Made by a program: the position numbers and the translations under genes
Shown here: positions 27,499 to 40,600 of the stretch, piece by piece
Layout: the number at the start of each line of letters is the position of its first letter
How positions within the stretch are numbered: the first letter of the stretch is position 1
Notes under the pieces: generated by a model
What the model saw: only the letters and a program-made list of their open reading frames with translations
Told to the model about the DNA's origin: nothing
The model's database searches: none
NCBI GenBank assembly: GCA_964187785.1
Contig: OZ076409.1
Location: forward strand, 84,384,001-84,448,000
Length of the DNA: 64,000 nt
Reading direction: 5' to 3'
DNA from: Amphiscolops sp. MND2022
Taxonomy: Eukaryota

Positions 27499-30496
27499 AC
27501 TTTTGTATAGGGTGCTTTTGTCTACACATGATTAAAAGGAAAATTTTCTAATTAAAAACATCAAAAAAATTGAGAACAAAAGTTTGGAAAAACTCAAAGC
27601 TTGGTCCCTTCTGTGTCAATGAAAATTTGTCAAAAAGTGACAAAAATAAACCTACAAATTCCTTTTTACTTGAAATAAAAATCTCAAAGTATCAAAACGA
27701 GTACCCTTTGAATCATTTTGGCATTTTTAAAATTGTTTGTAGAACTTTTTTGGTCTCTTTGACCGGATTAAAATAACCGAAGCTAAGCCACTTTGATAGT
27801 CGCGCGCCTTTTTTTTATTAAGCGCCGATTAAAAAATGAAATTAAAGTTGGACTGAGCCTCGATTCACAAAAAGTTCAAGAGTTTAAGTGTGCCAATATT
27901 GAGATCAAACACTTTGTGCTTGGCATTTGTCATTCGCTACACTATGCTCAGCATACGATTTTTTTCCGATCAAAAAGCCAGAAATTAAAATCGCATTCAT
28001 AATTGACTCCTTGTGATGTATCCTCCTCCTCATCCATGTGATGTATTTTGAAAACTCCCTCCCTGGGAATTTCTTTTAAATAAAAATTTTTATGATGTGT
28101 TAATGACTGCAACAACGACTGCATGAAAACGTGAATTCACACGCGGATCCTTCCACTTTATATTCAATTTTCAGTTCCGAGACTTTGAGAGCACAACTTG
28201 TCTTCTGAAGTATCACGAAGTTCTAGATTAACAAGAGAGAAAAAGCGAGAAAAAACAATTTTGTTTTTCCCCTTTATCTAGTTTCTTTTGCTTTTTCTTT
28301 TCATTTATTCATTCGAAACTGCTCCGGTGGCGCCTTAGTGCAGTCTTTGTAAGAAGAACCTTTGTTGGATTCTTGGTCTCCATTGAGCAAGTTGAAATTG
28401 AGGATCAAAAGTGGAACACAGTTTGTCTGTTCCGTCTAACCAGACGCCGACCATTGCTCCCTGATAGTCTACATGGTGTCAAAATTATTCATTAATCTTC
28501 TTTGATCTCCTGAAATTTCATTATCCACAGCCGCTTCCCAACCTAACACCGAAATCGACTCGCTCGCTCAGAAATTCGAGAATGGCGCGGAGATAATGCA
28601 GTTGCGTTTGTTCAATCCTAATACAAAAGAGCAGCGTCGCAAAATGAGACGCAAAAGTGCGAAAAAGAAGCTCTCTATAATTTAAAAAGTAGTCCAGATA
28701 GGACCATTCATAGCCGAGTTTAAGTGTGTTCATTGAACAAAAGAATTTTTATTGGTTCTTTTTAAAACCATAGTTTAAGATCAAATGCTCCAATTAGTTA
28801 TTAATGGTATTTCAATAACCAAAAAGTTGAAAAACATGATCCTCAATAAAACCGTTAAAATTTATTTTTGTCTAAAAGTGCCTGAAAACGTAAAAGCAAA
28901 ATTTACGAAGTTTGCTGTTCCCAAATGGAGTTTAATTCGAAATTTGTGCTCAACTAGAAATCAGCGCACGTCTAGGAATGCACGCTATTGTCAGCTCTAT
29001 TCAGTATTGGTTTGCTAATTTTAAATATTAAAATAAAAATTTTAAATTTTGGAATTTATATTTGAATTTTTCCTGAGAAAACATGACAACGCATGAAGAT
29101 ATGCATGGAAATATGCATAACATCAGGTAAAACCAATGGCTTCCATTCTTGCTTGATCAGCTGGATCCAATTATACTTTCAAGTAAACCTTTCGTTTAAC
29201 AGACAACACTTTGGCATGAACTGTCAATTTTTCCCGCTCAAATAATACAGCTGAACAAATTATATTAGTTACTTTGAGAAAAAATGAATACAAGAGGAAT
29301 TTCATTATTTTTTTTTACAAAAACACGATTTTTCCAGTATAAAAGGAAGAAAGCTAAGAGTGCATTGATCATTTAGAGAAGAGTATAAATGAAGGGCGGG
29401 ACCGTCCGATGTTTGATTGACAGGCTCAAGAGGACAATCCGGAGACTTTGCGTGAGAACGCCGAAGCACTGAATGTACAAATGTCTAATGGAGAAACTTT
29501 TAATGAATTAAATATCATTTTTGTTTCATTCAAATGTACTTGTTTACACTCAGAAACAACCCCCCCCCAAAAAAAAAGAAAAGTTTCATATATGAATGTA
29601 TGGTTTAAGGTTAAATATGTGGGGGAGAAAATTTCAGACCTAATGAGGAACTAACTTATCAGCGTGACCGAAAAAGGCAAAGTAAAGCCACTGCTTCTTT
29701 TGTTTTTTTTAAAAAGATATATCTTTTGAAAAAACGAAAAGAAGCAGTGGTTCTTGTTATCCTGTGCAATGTCAAATGTATGGTTTTAAACGTTGATTTC
29801 GAAAACTTTGTTCTTTTGAAGTTTTGGTGTTGTTTTTGATAGGAGCCCAACTGTCCAATGTCGATTCTTTTGATTTTTTAACGATTATATTTATGTGGAT
29901 GGGGCTTTTTAATGCACCTGCCCGTTGGTAGCCCTGCTAGTGTCGACTGTTTTTCAGTTGGCCCGCTGAGACTATAAAGACGGGTTTTTCTTTGGTCCTG
30001 ATTGGTTTTTCTGAAGGACCAAGGCAGTTATCGAATTTATCGTATTGTATTGTATTGTATTGTAATTTTGCAATAAAATTTTGTTATGAAAATACATTTA
30101 CTCTTTCGACTGGAAAGGGTGGAGTGAGAAAGGCTAGGACAAAGATCGGCACAGCAAGGACTAAAAAGAGTCTCTTTATTTTCCAGAGAAAAACTTACTT
30201 CCGAATTTTTTGATAAAAATACGTATTTTCAGAGTCAAATTTCTTCATATTTCAGATCTTTTTGCTTCTAACAAGCAGATGGTTTTCTCAGCTATTGAAG
30301 CTCGATTCTGTCGCATTTTCATGCGAATAATTGCAATTTTGCCAGGTTTTAAATTTTTTTTCAAACAATTCTGACCTGAGAATGACTTTCAGGCTCGAGA
30401 AAGCTTACTCAGTCTCAAAAGGAAATGAGAGTAGGTTAAAATTAGATATATTTAACCCTTAAATGCTCCACAAGTGCCCCCATGCGCTGGGCGATA

Positions 30497-30567
30497 ATTC
30501 AAATCCCATCGATGATCCATCGATTGCCCATCGATGGGCTGCGATGGGCCGATCGATGGGATTGAAT
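30497..30567. repeat. Nested palindrome built from CCATCGAT/ATCGATGG modules
   Basis: ATTCAAATCCCATCGAT...GCCCATCGATGGGC...ATCGATGGGATTGAAT. Confidence 0.85.
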
Positions 30568-30669
30568 GGAGCCTCAGTACGGGTACTATAACACTATAGA
30601 AAGTTCTTTATGCGTGTCTTTTGATATTTTGTTCTTATTTTTACTCCAAAGAATGAAAGTTCTATATAT

Positions 30670-31503
30670 CCCGGGTTTCCCTCCCATACAAAAGCAGGTC
30701 AATCATATTCTGCCATCATACTCACAGTATGATTCCAGGCTGATCATACTCTGGACCATAAAGGTTTATGGTTCCAGGCTGACCATATTCTGGGCCATAT
30801 ATGATGCAGTCTATGATCAGCCTGGAACCATAAACCTTTATGGCCCAGAGTATGGTCAGCCTGGATCCATAAAAAAATTAGGATGATGTAGTCAATAAAC
30901 GCATACACTGATGAAATTACAAGATATTCCTCAACCAAAGGGCCAATACAATCACCATATTGAAAACAAGGTAGCAATCATCAATTTTGGGCATCTTTTG
31001 CTGAATTATTGGTAATTTTTATCGAAATAATCGAAAATCATACTGCAAAGTGGGTACTGTTTCAACAAAAGAGTTAGTTATTAACTAAGGAGTGGCTGAG
31101 AACAAATTGAGTTACTATAGTTTGTCTTTTAACTCCGCTTAGAGCTTAACGGAGTTCTGACCTGCAATGTATCGTTCGCAGATACAAAAGGTCGAATGTG
31201 GCTCCATTGCCCTCAGCCTATAAAGCTGGCTGTTCTCAATATTTGGAAATTTTTGTTTGGGTTGGATATCACGTCAACACCCGCTTGGAACAAAAATGTA
31301 TGATTCCAGGCTGACCATACTCTGGACCATATATAATTCCAGGCCGATCATACTCTGGACCATATATGATTCCAGGCCGATCATACTCTGCACTATATAT
31401 GATTCCAGGCCGATTATGGCAAGATCATAGTAAGGAAATTTGTATGATTTCTATGGTGCCATAATAAGGTCAGATTATGATCGGCCTGGTCGGGAAACCC
31501 GGG
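30670..31503. mobile_element. Non-autonomous CACTA/EnSpm-type (CCC...GGG) element
   Basis: Perfect 12-bp TIR CCCGGGTTTCCC/GGGAAACCCGGG; AT on both sides (2-bp TSD); subterminal repeats TATGATTCCAGGCYGAYCATACTCTGGACCA in both orientations. Confidence 0.82.
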
Positions 31504-33091
31504 ATGTCATACGTCATACTATATAGTTTGTTGTTAGATACATAGCTACTGACGAGAAGCGAAACCCTGAACAAACTCGTGCTTCACGTTTTCTATGTCA
31601 CGTACAATTGCGCAACGTGGGTTTTTGTACACAAACGTTTCGTTACATAATTCAACAAGCCTCTGTAATTTGCATTTTAAATGAAGCTCCTGAGCCAATA
31701 CGCGGATTCGGAAATTGACAGAATGGGAGTCATTATGAGCGGAAACTGAGTATGAAGTTGAATAACTAATAAAACTGTCATATCAGATGAGTGACATCTG
31801 ACTAATGGTAAACAACTTTTTTTCTGCTTGAATAAAACCGAAGCAAAAAGATATTTTGACCACTGGCAGATAGTATAATGAATTAATCCGCCAACGCGCA
31901 TGCCTTGGCTGAACCACCCAGGTTTTCGATCTTTGCGAACCTGTGCAGATCTGCAGAATTTTTGCAGATCTTTGCAGATATGCGCAGATTCGAAAAAAAC
32001 TGACGCACTCAGAAACACTATAAAAACCCCACAGCGATGTCAAATGAATAATAAAAATGTTTAAAACGGGAGAGAAGTCTCATTTATGTCAAAATGATGA
32101 AACATTTTTCTGTAGAAATCTGTAAAGATCTGTAGAGATTACAGATCTTTACAGAGCCAAACAATGACCAATGAATGGCTATAACATTCCAAATTAACAG
32201 CAATTACTAAAAATACTCCAGCAAACTATGTTGCGGAAATATTATAACAACAACACTTTATCAACACATCGACCAACCCAGAAGGGTGCCACATGTGAAG
32301 TTGTATCTGCCAAAACGAAGTCAATATGGCAAACGAGCCTCTCAAAGTTGAACAAAATTTGAATTCCAGGACTGCCAAGAATCATTCCCAAGGACTGGTA
32401 AAGACTTGTCAAGTTCTGGATCAGTCCTTACATGTGCCACTTTTAACCTGACAAATCCTGGACCAGTATTTACCAGTCCTGGGGCATCCTGGAGATACGC
32501 TGCCCAGGACTGGAACACGGAAAAATCCAAAACCGATTCAGGGCTTAAAAGGGCCGAATATGTGCTCGATGTGCCACGCAGTGGCTGATGCGCTGTGGCT
32601 CATGCGCTGTAACTGTTCTGTCATGTCATTTCCAAAGGTGGAACCTGATGTCAACTTGTAGTTTTCCCAGCTTACCAGGGATGACGCAACAACTTACGAC
32701 GACTCACAAGAGGGCAATTTTGGTAAAGATGGCGAATATAGCAGGTGTTCTTAGTGTTGTGACGAATCCAGGGTAGATAACAGGACTCACATTCCGAAAT
32801 CCAGCCCAGAGTGGTACAAAGGCACAGAAAAAAACTAAATGAGTCCAACAAAACATCAAAGTTTTTATTGTGACAAACCAAGACTTTGACGTCACACAAT
32901 CGAAAACATGCCCATTTTCCGTTTTATTGTTAGTAACCCTCTGAAATGCAGCAGCAACAGCAGTACGAAATGGTCAGAGTCCGGTGGATTCGTAATGCAA
33001 AATGAGCGAGCACCTCAACCAATCGCTACCAGACCCTGCAGTAAAAAAAGGTTCTTGATTTTTAGTCGGTGCTTTCTGGAATAAAACGCGT

Positions 33092-36000
33092 CTAATATTG
33101 TAGCATTTGACAAACCTACTTTGATTGACAGGAATTTGACACGGTGCAAAAAAGTATCCAAAAGGTTTTTTTCCAAAAAGGTCATCTCTTTGGTGTTTCG
33201 AGAGTATCAGTTGAAAACGTTTTTTTGAGCCACGAAGTTTCCCACTTTGAGTGTTTTCGCAATAAGTTTTCCAGAAAAACCTTGACGCTTTGAAGTACTT
33301 CGACATGTTTGAGCCTTAACCGACTTATGCTATTCCCGACGAAACCGCTGCTACGAAATCCAATGTGTTTTTTCTGTTGGTTTGCATGATCTTTCTAATT
33401 CTTGGAAACACCGACCAACGTTTTGATAAACCTAAATTCGTTCTTGGTTAGGATCAACGGGGCCACAGTCAGGAAGTATTTGACGATTCATGAACTCATT
33501 TGACGACTCTGTGTTTGCAATTTGCACAAACGGTATCGTCTGGTGTCTTCTTTCCCCATGTCAATCAAGTTACTTTTCTCTACCACTCAGAGACAATAAA
33601 ATATCGCTATTTCAGTTGTATTCACACCGTTTCGACAATCGGCGTAATTGCCATAAAAGAACATTTCCGTTGGCTTACGTCACATGAGTACGTTGTTTTG
33701 GAATTATAGCGTTCAATTTGTCGTCATGTCATCATCACATGTCATGCTGGCATATAATTTTTAACAATCAGCTACAAAGCTTTGAAACTGTTGCGACAGC
33801 CTCTGGCAATTTACACTCCGTTGGTCTAATCAGAGCCAGCTTGGTCTTTCCAGTCTGTTAATGAATCCTTCTCTACCCCTTTTCCAGCGTCCAAGAAGAA
33901 CTGACATATATCACTTCAATCCGGAAGATTCCCAAATCATAGATTGGAACAGAGCATTTCCGGTATTTCCGATTAGTCCCGATGACTCAAACTTGGAAGA
34001 TTTCAGATCAGAACGCAAGCACATGATTGCGCTTGGACGTTTGGGCTGAAATAACAAAATATGGGGTTAGTTTTCGTGTTTCAGATGGAAGAATGCAAAA
34101 TTTTTATTCATGGTGTATTAGGTTCAGTTTAAGCTTCAATTGTAGATACTTTCGTCATTCACCAACAGCAAATGAGCTCTTCAAAAGTTGGTAACTTTCT
34201 ATTGTTTCCAAATTTTATTTTCAGAGACTTTGTCTTGATTCTTTACAACAAAAATCTCTTCACATATTCAAGCTTTTCCGACTTAGCAATAAAGGCGTCA
34301 TCTACCTAATCATTATACGTCAAAACAAACAAGAAAGAAAGTGTTATCACTTTTGTTCCCAACTTCCGAAACTTCCAAATGACTTTTGAGTGTGACGGTT
34401 CCTTTTTGGTTCTCATTTGGTTCCTTTTTAAAAAAAACCGTGAAAAAAACTATTCATGATGAAAACGAGTGATGATCCCCGTTAAAACGAGTCCTGGCGT
34501 TGTGTAACGTCCATCTAGCAGCGTACATCATAGAAGTGGGATAATGCCTAGGGTGCTTAAACAGGAGACCGTTGTCTTACTACACCCCTAGACATCAGTT
34601 TTTGTCCTCTCAAAGTCCGGACACGCCCCAGAAGCCTGTAAACACTAAGCCTAAGATTCCTGAAACTTCCTACATACTCCCGAGGTCTAATAACAGGGGT
34701 TTAGCTAAAGCACATTTTATTTCGTGAATAAGATCTAAAATTGCAAAAACAAGGGTCTACTAGATCCTGTACCATCATGATCTGCAAAATAACACTCACA
34801 ACCATGAAATCAATTGGAATCAGCACATTTTGCACTTTCATGGGGTTTTCCAGGACATCTTGAGCAACCCATTGGTAGGTCGTACCTCTATTCTTTGGGC
34901 TTCCCAGGACATTTTCTGGAAAAGATGGCACAACACTAATATTGTAGCATTTGACAAACCTACTTTGATTGACAGGAGTTTGAGAGTTATTTTTGACACT
35001 GTGCAAAAAATGCCCCAAAAGGTTTTTTTCCAAAAAGGTCATATCTTTGATGTTTCGAGAGTATCAGTTGAAAACGTTTTTTTGAGCCACGAAGTTTCCC
35101 ACTTTGAGTGTTTTCGCAATAGGTTTTCCAGAAAAATTTTCACGCTTTGAAGTACTTCGGCACGTTTGAGACTTATCCGACTTATGCTATTCCTGAAGAA
35201 ACCGCTGCTACGAAAATGTGTTTTTCTGTTGGTTTGCTTGATCTTTCTTATTCTTGGAAACACCGACCAACGTTCTGATAAACCTAAATTCGTTCTTGGT
35301 TAGGACCAACGGGGCCACAGTCAGTAGGTATTTCACGATTCATGAACTCTTTTGACGACTCTGTGTTTGCAATTTGCACAAACGGTATCGTCTGGTGTCT
35401 TCATTACACATGTCAATCAAATTACTTTTCTCTACCACTCAGAGACAAAAAAAGTTGGATTTTTCAGTTGTAATCACACCCGTTTCGGCAATCGGCGTAA
35501 TTGCCATAAAAGAACATTTCCGTTGACTTACGTCATATGAGTACGTTGTTTTGGAATTATGGCGTTCAATTTGTTGTCATGTCACCATCACATGTCATGC
35601 TGGCATCTAGTTTTTAACAATCAGGTACAAAGCTTTGAAACTGTTGCGACAGCCTCTGGCAATTTACACTCCGTTGGTCTAATCAAAGCCAGCTTGGTCT
35701 TTTCAGTCTGTTAATGAATCCTTCTCTACCCCTTTTCCAGCGTCCAAGATGAACTGACATATATCACTTCAATCCGGAAGATTCCCAAATCATAGATTGG
35801 AACAGAGCATTTCCGGTATTTCCGATTAGTCCCGATGACTCAAACTTGGAAGATTTCAGTTCAGAACGCAAACACATGATTGTGCTTGGACGTTTGGCCT
35901 GAAATAACAAAATATGGGGTTAGTTTTCGTGTTTCAGATGGAAGAATGCAAAATGTTTATTCATGGTGTATTAGGTTCAGTTTACGCACCAATTGTAGAT

Positions 36001-36789
36001 ACTTTCGTCATTCACCAACAGCAAATGAGCTCTTCAAAACTTGGTAACTTTCTATTATTTCCAAATTTTATTTTCAGAGACTTTGTCTTGATTCTTTTCA
36101 ATAAAAAGTTCTTCACATATTCAAGCACTTCCGACTTAGCAATAAAGGCGTCATCTACCTAATCATTATACGTCAAAACAAACAAGAAAGAAAGTGTTAT
36201 CACTTTTGTTCCCAACTTCCAAAACTTCCAAATGATTTTTGAGTGTGACGGTTCCTTTTTATTTCTCATTTGGTTCCTTTTTAAAAAAAACCGTGAAAAA
36301 AACTATTCATGATGAAAACGACTAATGATCCCCCTTAAACTGAGTCCTGGCGTTGTGTAACGTCCATCTAGCAGCGTACATCATAGAAGTGGGATAATGC
36401 CTAGGGTGCTTAAAAAGGAGACCGTTGACTTTCTACACCCCTAGACATCAGTTTTTGTCCTCTCAAAGTCCGGACACGCCCCACAAGCCTGTAAACACTA
36501 AGCCTAAGATTCCTGAATTTTCCTACATACTCCCGAGGTCTAAAAACAGGGGTTTAGCTAAAGCACATTCTATTTCGTGAATAAGATCTTAAAATGCAAA
36601 ACAAGGGTCTACTAGATCCTGTACCATCATGATCTGCAAAATAACACTCACAACCATGAAATCAATTGGAATCAGCACATTTTGCACTTTCATGGGGTTT
36701 TCCAGGACATCTTGAGCAACCCATTGGTAGGTCGTACCTCTATTCTTTGGGCATCTTTGTACATTTTCTGGAAAAGATGGCACAACACT
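33092..36789. repeat. Direct tandem duplication, two copies of ~1.85 kb (33092-34935 and 34936-36789)
   Basis: Both copies start CTAATATTGTAGCATTTGACAAACC and end GAAAAGATGGCACAACA(CT). They are colinear with scattered substitutions and small indels. Confidence 0.95.
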
Positions 36790-37629
36790 GGGCTTTGCGT
36801 TGTTTCAGCTTCTGGACGTCTTCGGGTGTTGACTATACGGGTTTTTCGGTGTCTTTTGGGGTGGGGTCTCTCTTTTTTGTCTTCTTATGCCTCTCTTCTG
36901 ATTTCAGGGATCTTCCAGGTCGGCCATTTTGAGACGCACACTTTTTGATCTTTCTTCGAATTTTTGGTTCCAACTGGTTGACGTTATATCCTCCCCGGCC
37001 GTAGTTTGTCGTCCTCGGCAAACGAGAGAGGATACCAGACCAATACCCTGTGGGTTTTAGCAACGTCATTACAGCTTGTAGCTTCCTTAGAATTTTGCAA
37101 AAAAATATATATTAATAGAAGCTTTAAAAATTCTCTTGTTTTGATGATTCGTTTGAGCAAATATTGAATTTTCAACATTCTTTCTGAAGTAAAAACAGTT
37201 TTATTAGGAATTTTCAATCCTCATTTATTTCAGTTTAGGTTAAAACATCTGTTTTTTGCAGTGGTTCTTCGTGCGGCACTAACAAAGAGCTAAAATAGCG
37301 TGGTAATATTGTATTCTTTAATTGTACTCTTTAATATTCGAATTTTGAGTAGGAAGGCACCAAGTTGGGACAATCAATGATTAATCGAGCAACAAAGTGT
37401 TCTTTAACTATAACATAAATAGCACCAAGAACGAATTTACATTGTTCCATAAAACCACAACTGAAACTGCACTCAATATGGCACTAGTTTCAAGTTTCTT
37501 GGGTAGCTTTGTATAAGCGATAGCTAATAGCTTAGCTCATTCCAATGATCGCGCGCCCTGTGGGTCATGTGAGGTATCCATTGTGGCTTGTGGCTCAGGA
37601 TGCAAATCTTGACTCGCCACTACCGAAGG

Positions 37630-40600
37630 GGGGTGAGCTCGGTTGTCCCGTGCTTCAGAGGTCGTTCAACTCTGATTCTTTGGCTGCCGCTTCCATTTGG
37701 GATATCCATCGGGCATATTCATCTCTCAAAGGAGTAGCATTTCCTGATAAGGCGAAGCCGTCACTGACCGCAAATTCATCTATGGGAACCTCTTCATTAA
37801 TTTCCACGCTGGCAGCTACCTTAACTTGGATCAGGTACGCATGGGTTGAGTTCACGACTGGTGAGACAGCTGCCACTGGCAACTGTCCCTGCACCAATGG
37901 TCGCTTTGCTCAGGCTCTCAAGCGACACTTCGGGCAAGTTGTTGGCAAGTTGCTGGTATCCATATTGCACAAACCAATCTTTGTATGCCTTGTTTGTTTT
38001 GGCATAGCCCTCGCCGACTAGATTTCTGCGCTGTCGCTGTCGATCCAAAAAAATCGAGAAGGATCTCCAGGGCCATCTATGGATTACTTGGAACATCTTT
38101 GCTCTTTGGCAAGGTCCTGACAGTAGGCTCTCGTGCTACTAAAGCCATAGCGGTTTTCAATTTTTGGTTCTGTTGATGGATTGCTTGGTCTACCAGTTCT
38201 GGCTTTATCCAAGAGGTTCTGTCCTTGCACAGTACATCCTTGAGATGTCACACACATAAGGATAATATAGCCCACTGGGCGCTTCTCCGTGTACTCTGCC
38301 GACTAGCCGCGGTATCGTTGTTGTTAGGATGCGCAGGATCACCGGTACATCCCAGCCAGGGAAATCATTCAGCGCACCTGTCTCTGGGTTGAGGGGGATG
38401 TGTAACCACCAAATTAGATGGAATTCTAGGGGCAGGGGTAGAGCGCAACACGCACATGCATGTATCAGCGTTGCGTAATTATGTTCCACCTGTTTCCTAT
38501 CTTTGATGATCGTATAGGCCATTGGATGTCGCAAGTTACCAAAGTTGTGGACTACGGCCTGACAGGTAAGTGTCCATCTCAATTTGCCGGAACCTACAAA
38601 TTGCAAGAATGAGTATGCAGAGGCGTTGGCAGCGACCTTCAAAGGTTGTGTGAGGTATCTAAGGGCCATCAAGGTTGTGTGAGGTACCTAAGGGGCATCA
38701 CGGCACCAAATATGGGTCAAACTATTGGAGCAATAAGTGAGAGCAGATCTTCTGTTTCTACAAGCATGAGACTAGCAATTCGGGAGGGGAATAGGAAGCC
38801 TGGGAATTCTGTTGGCTCTCGTCGGATTACTGGGGGATCATCCAATGGATGCATTATGCATGGAACAATGACCCAAGTGGAATAAATCTGTACGAGCAAA
38901 ACTTCTATGATGTTGTCCAATTGTGTTTTCAATTGTAACTATCCCACTGGGTCCACGGTGTTGATCAATGCATGTTGCCATTTTTTTATTCCTTCCAAAT
39001 ACTAGAAAGCTGAATAAGCATGAATTAGTCTTGTTTAAGACCATCCTCTTTATTGGCTGAGTTCGGCCTTGGTATACGGCACTGAGGCGTACTGACATCA
39101 ATTATGCCGAGATTTCACTCACTGTGGATTTTCTCATAGCTTCTTGGTACAATTGTGTCTGCTGGTCATCCCAATTTCCTTTTATTTGTGCTAAGTTCGG
39201 AAGCCAGAAGGGTGAGATGTTGTACAAGAAGATGGGGGAACGGTATGTTGTGTCGTTCTGCGACCTGAGCCAGTGGCTCGTCCAGTAGCAGATGCGGTAC
39301 ATTTGTCTTGGCTCTTCCGAGTTTCTGCGTACAACGTCTCGTGTCATTATGGCCAGTAGAGCCAACGCGGGGGAGACTGTGTCTATTTGTGCATCTACTG
39401 CTGGTGTGGCTGTAGTGAAGACGGTCGACTCTAGTCTGCTCTGCCTTATATCTTCGGTCTTTTTGAAAAAAGCTACTAGTTTTATGTGGAATTTAGGCTC
39501 GTGAGTCTTTCGTCTACCGTCGATTCATCTCTTCGCTAATACCATAGGTTATCCAGAATGTTCTTTTTCTTAGCTAGGGTCAGGTCACTGACTTGTCGAA
39601 CTCCATTTTCGTCCAACTATCTATGGGCCACCAGCGTTCCAAAATCAAGTGCTGTGGCCTCGTCGAGACTAGTATCTGAGAGTTTCCATTGTATCCTGTA
39701 AAGGCCTGCAAGGCCTTGGATACCTCCGCCAGAAACGCTGGATGAGACGTCTCGCAAGGGCGCCACGAATTTGCACTGACCCTGAGGTTTGAAGCCATTA
39801 AGCGAAACGAAAGGTCGCGTGCAAAAGCCGCCTCTGTTACTAAATACAGGAACTGTTGCTGGGGCCTGGGTAAGTAGACTTGAACTGGCGGGGAGACGAA
39901 AATGACTCCCGCCGTTGCTTTCTGAATTTTGACAGAACGTACCACCTTCTTCATGGCTTCAATATATGCTGTCTCTTCGTCCGTAATGAAGCCTTCGGTT
40001 AGTGTAGAATGTTCTCGTTCAAAATACTTCAATGTGCCACGCCACGCAGTGCGAGGTGGTCTATCACATTGCAGTAGACTAGGAATGGGGGAAAGAAGAT
40101 TGTTTCGGCTGCTGCAGGACCGAAAATCTTGCACCTCACCTCGGTCATTTTTTCCAGCGTAGATCAAGGCATATTCATTACTCGCACGTCCATGAGCGTG
40201 CAATTCATGTTGCTGGAAGATATCATGTTTGATTCTACAAACACGATGATTCTGGCCTTTTGCAGTACCTCTTTTCCCATAAGGAATAGGGTGACTGGAT
40301 CCTTCATGAAATCTTTGCTGCGAAATAGGCTCTCTGCATACCAGCCAGCTTGTTGTTTGTTCACTTTGACGTTTGGGGTTAGTGATGTAATGTAGGGAGA
40401 GTCTTCTCTTCCCTTCTTTTCTCAGATCGGCGCGCAACCTTTCAAACAGTGGCGGGTAGCGGTCTGGTTGAAAAATTGCCCTCTTGACTGGAGGAAGGTA
40501 GTGAGCACCGATCGTGGCTCTTTTTAGGGTCCTCACAGCTTCCGGGTCTCCCTTGCTTCTTCGTGTTTCAAATTTCAACAAATCGGGTCCAGTTTCATCG

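Larger units (their letters stand above)
1..30164. repeat. Tandem macrosatellite, ~6.5-kb unit, about 4.6 copies; continues beyond the left edge
   Basis: The same ORF recurs at 74, 6595, 13092, 19608 and 26099 (periods 6521, 6497, 6516, 6491). Homology stops after GCACAGCAAGGACTAA at ~30164. Natural unit starts (AACAAGACGGGAAC) are at 4136, 10633, 17148 and 23640. Confidence 0.98.

Noticed and set aside
38642..38699. 29-bp tandem duplication in the cargo ORF
   Set aside because: Only two copies and frameshifting; most simply a local slippage during decay.
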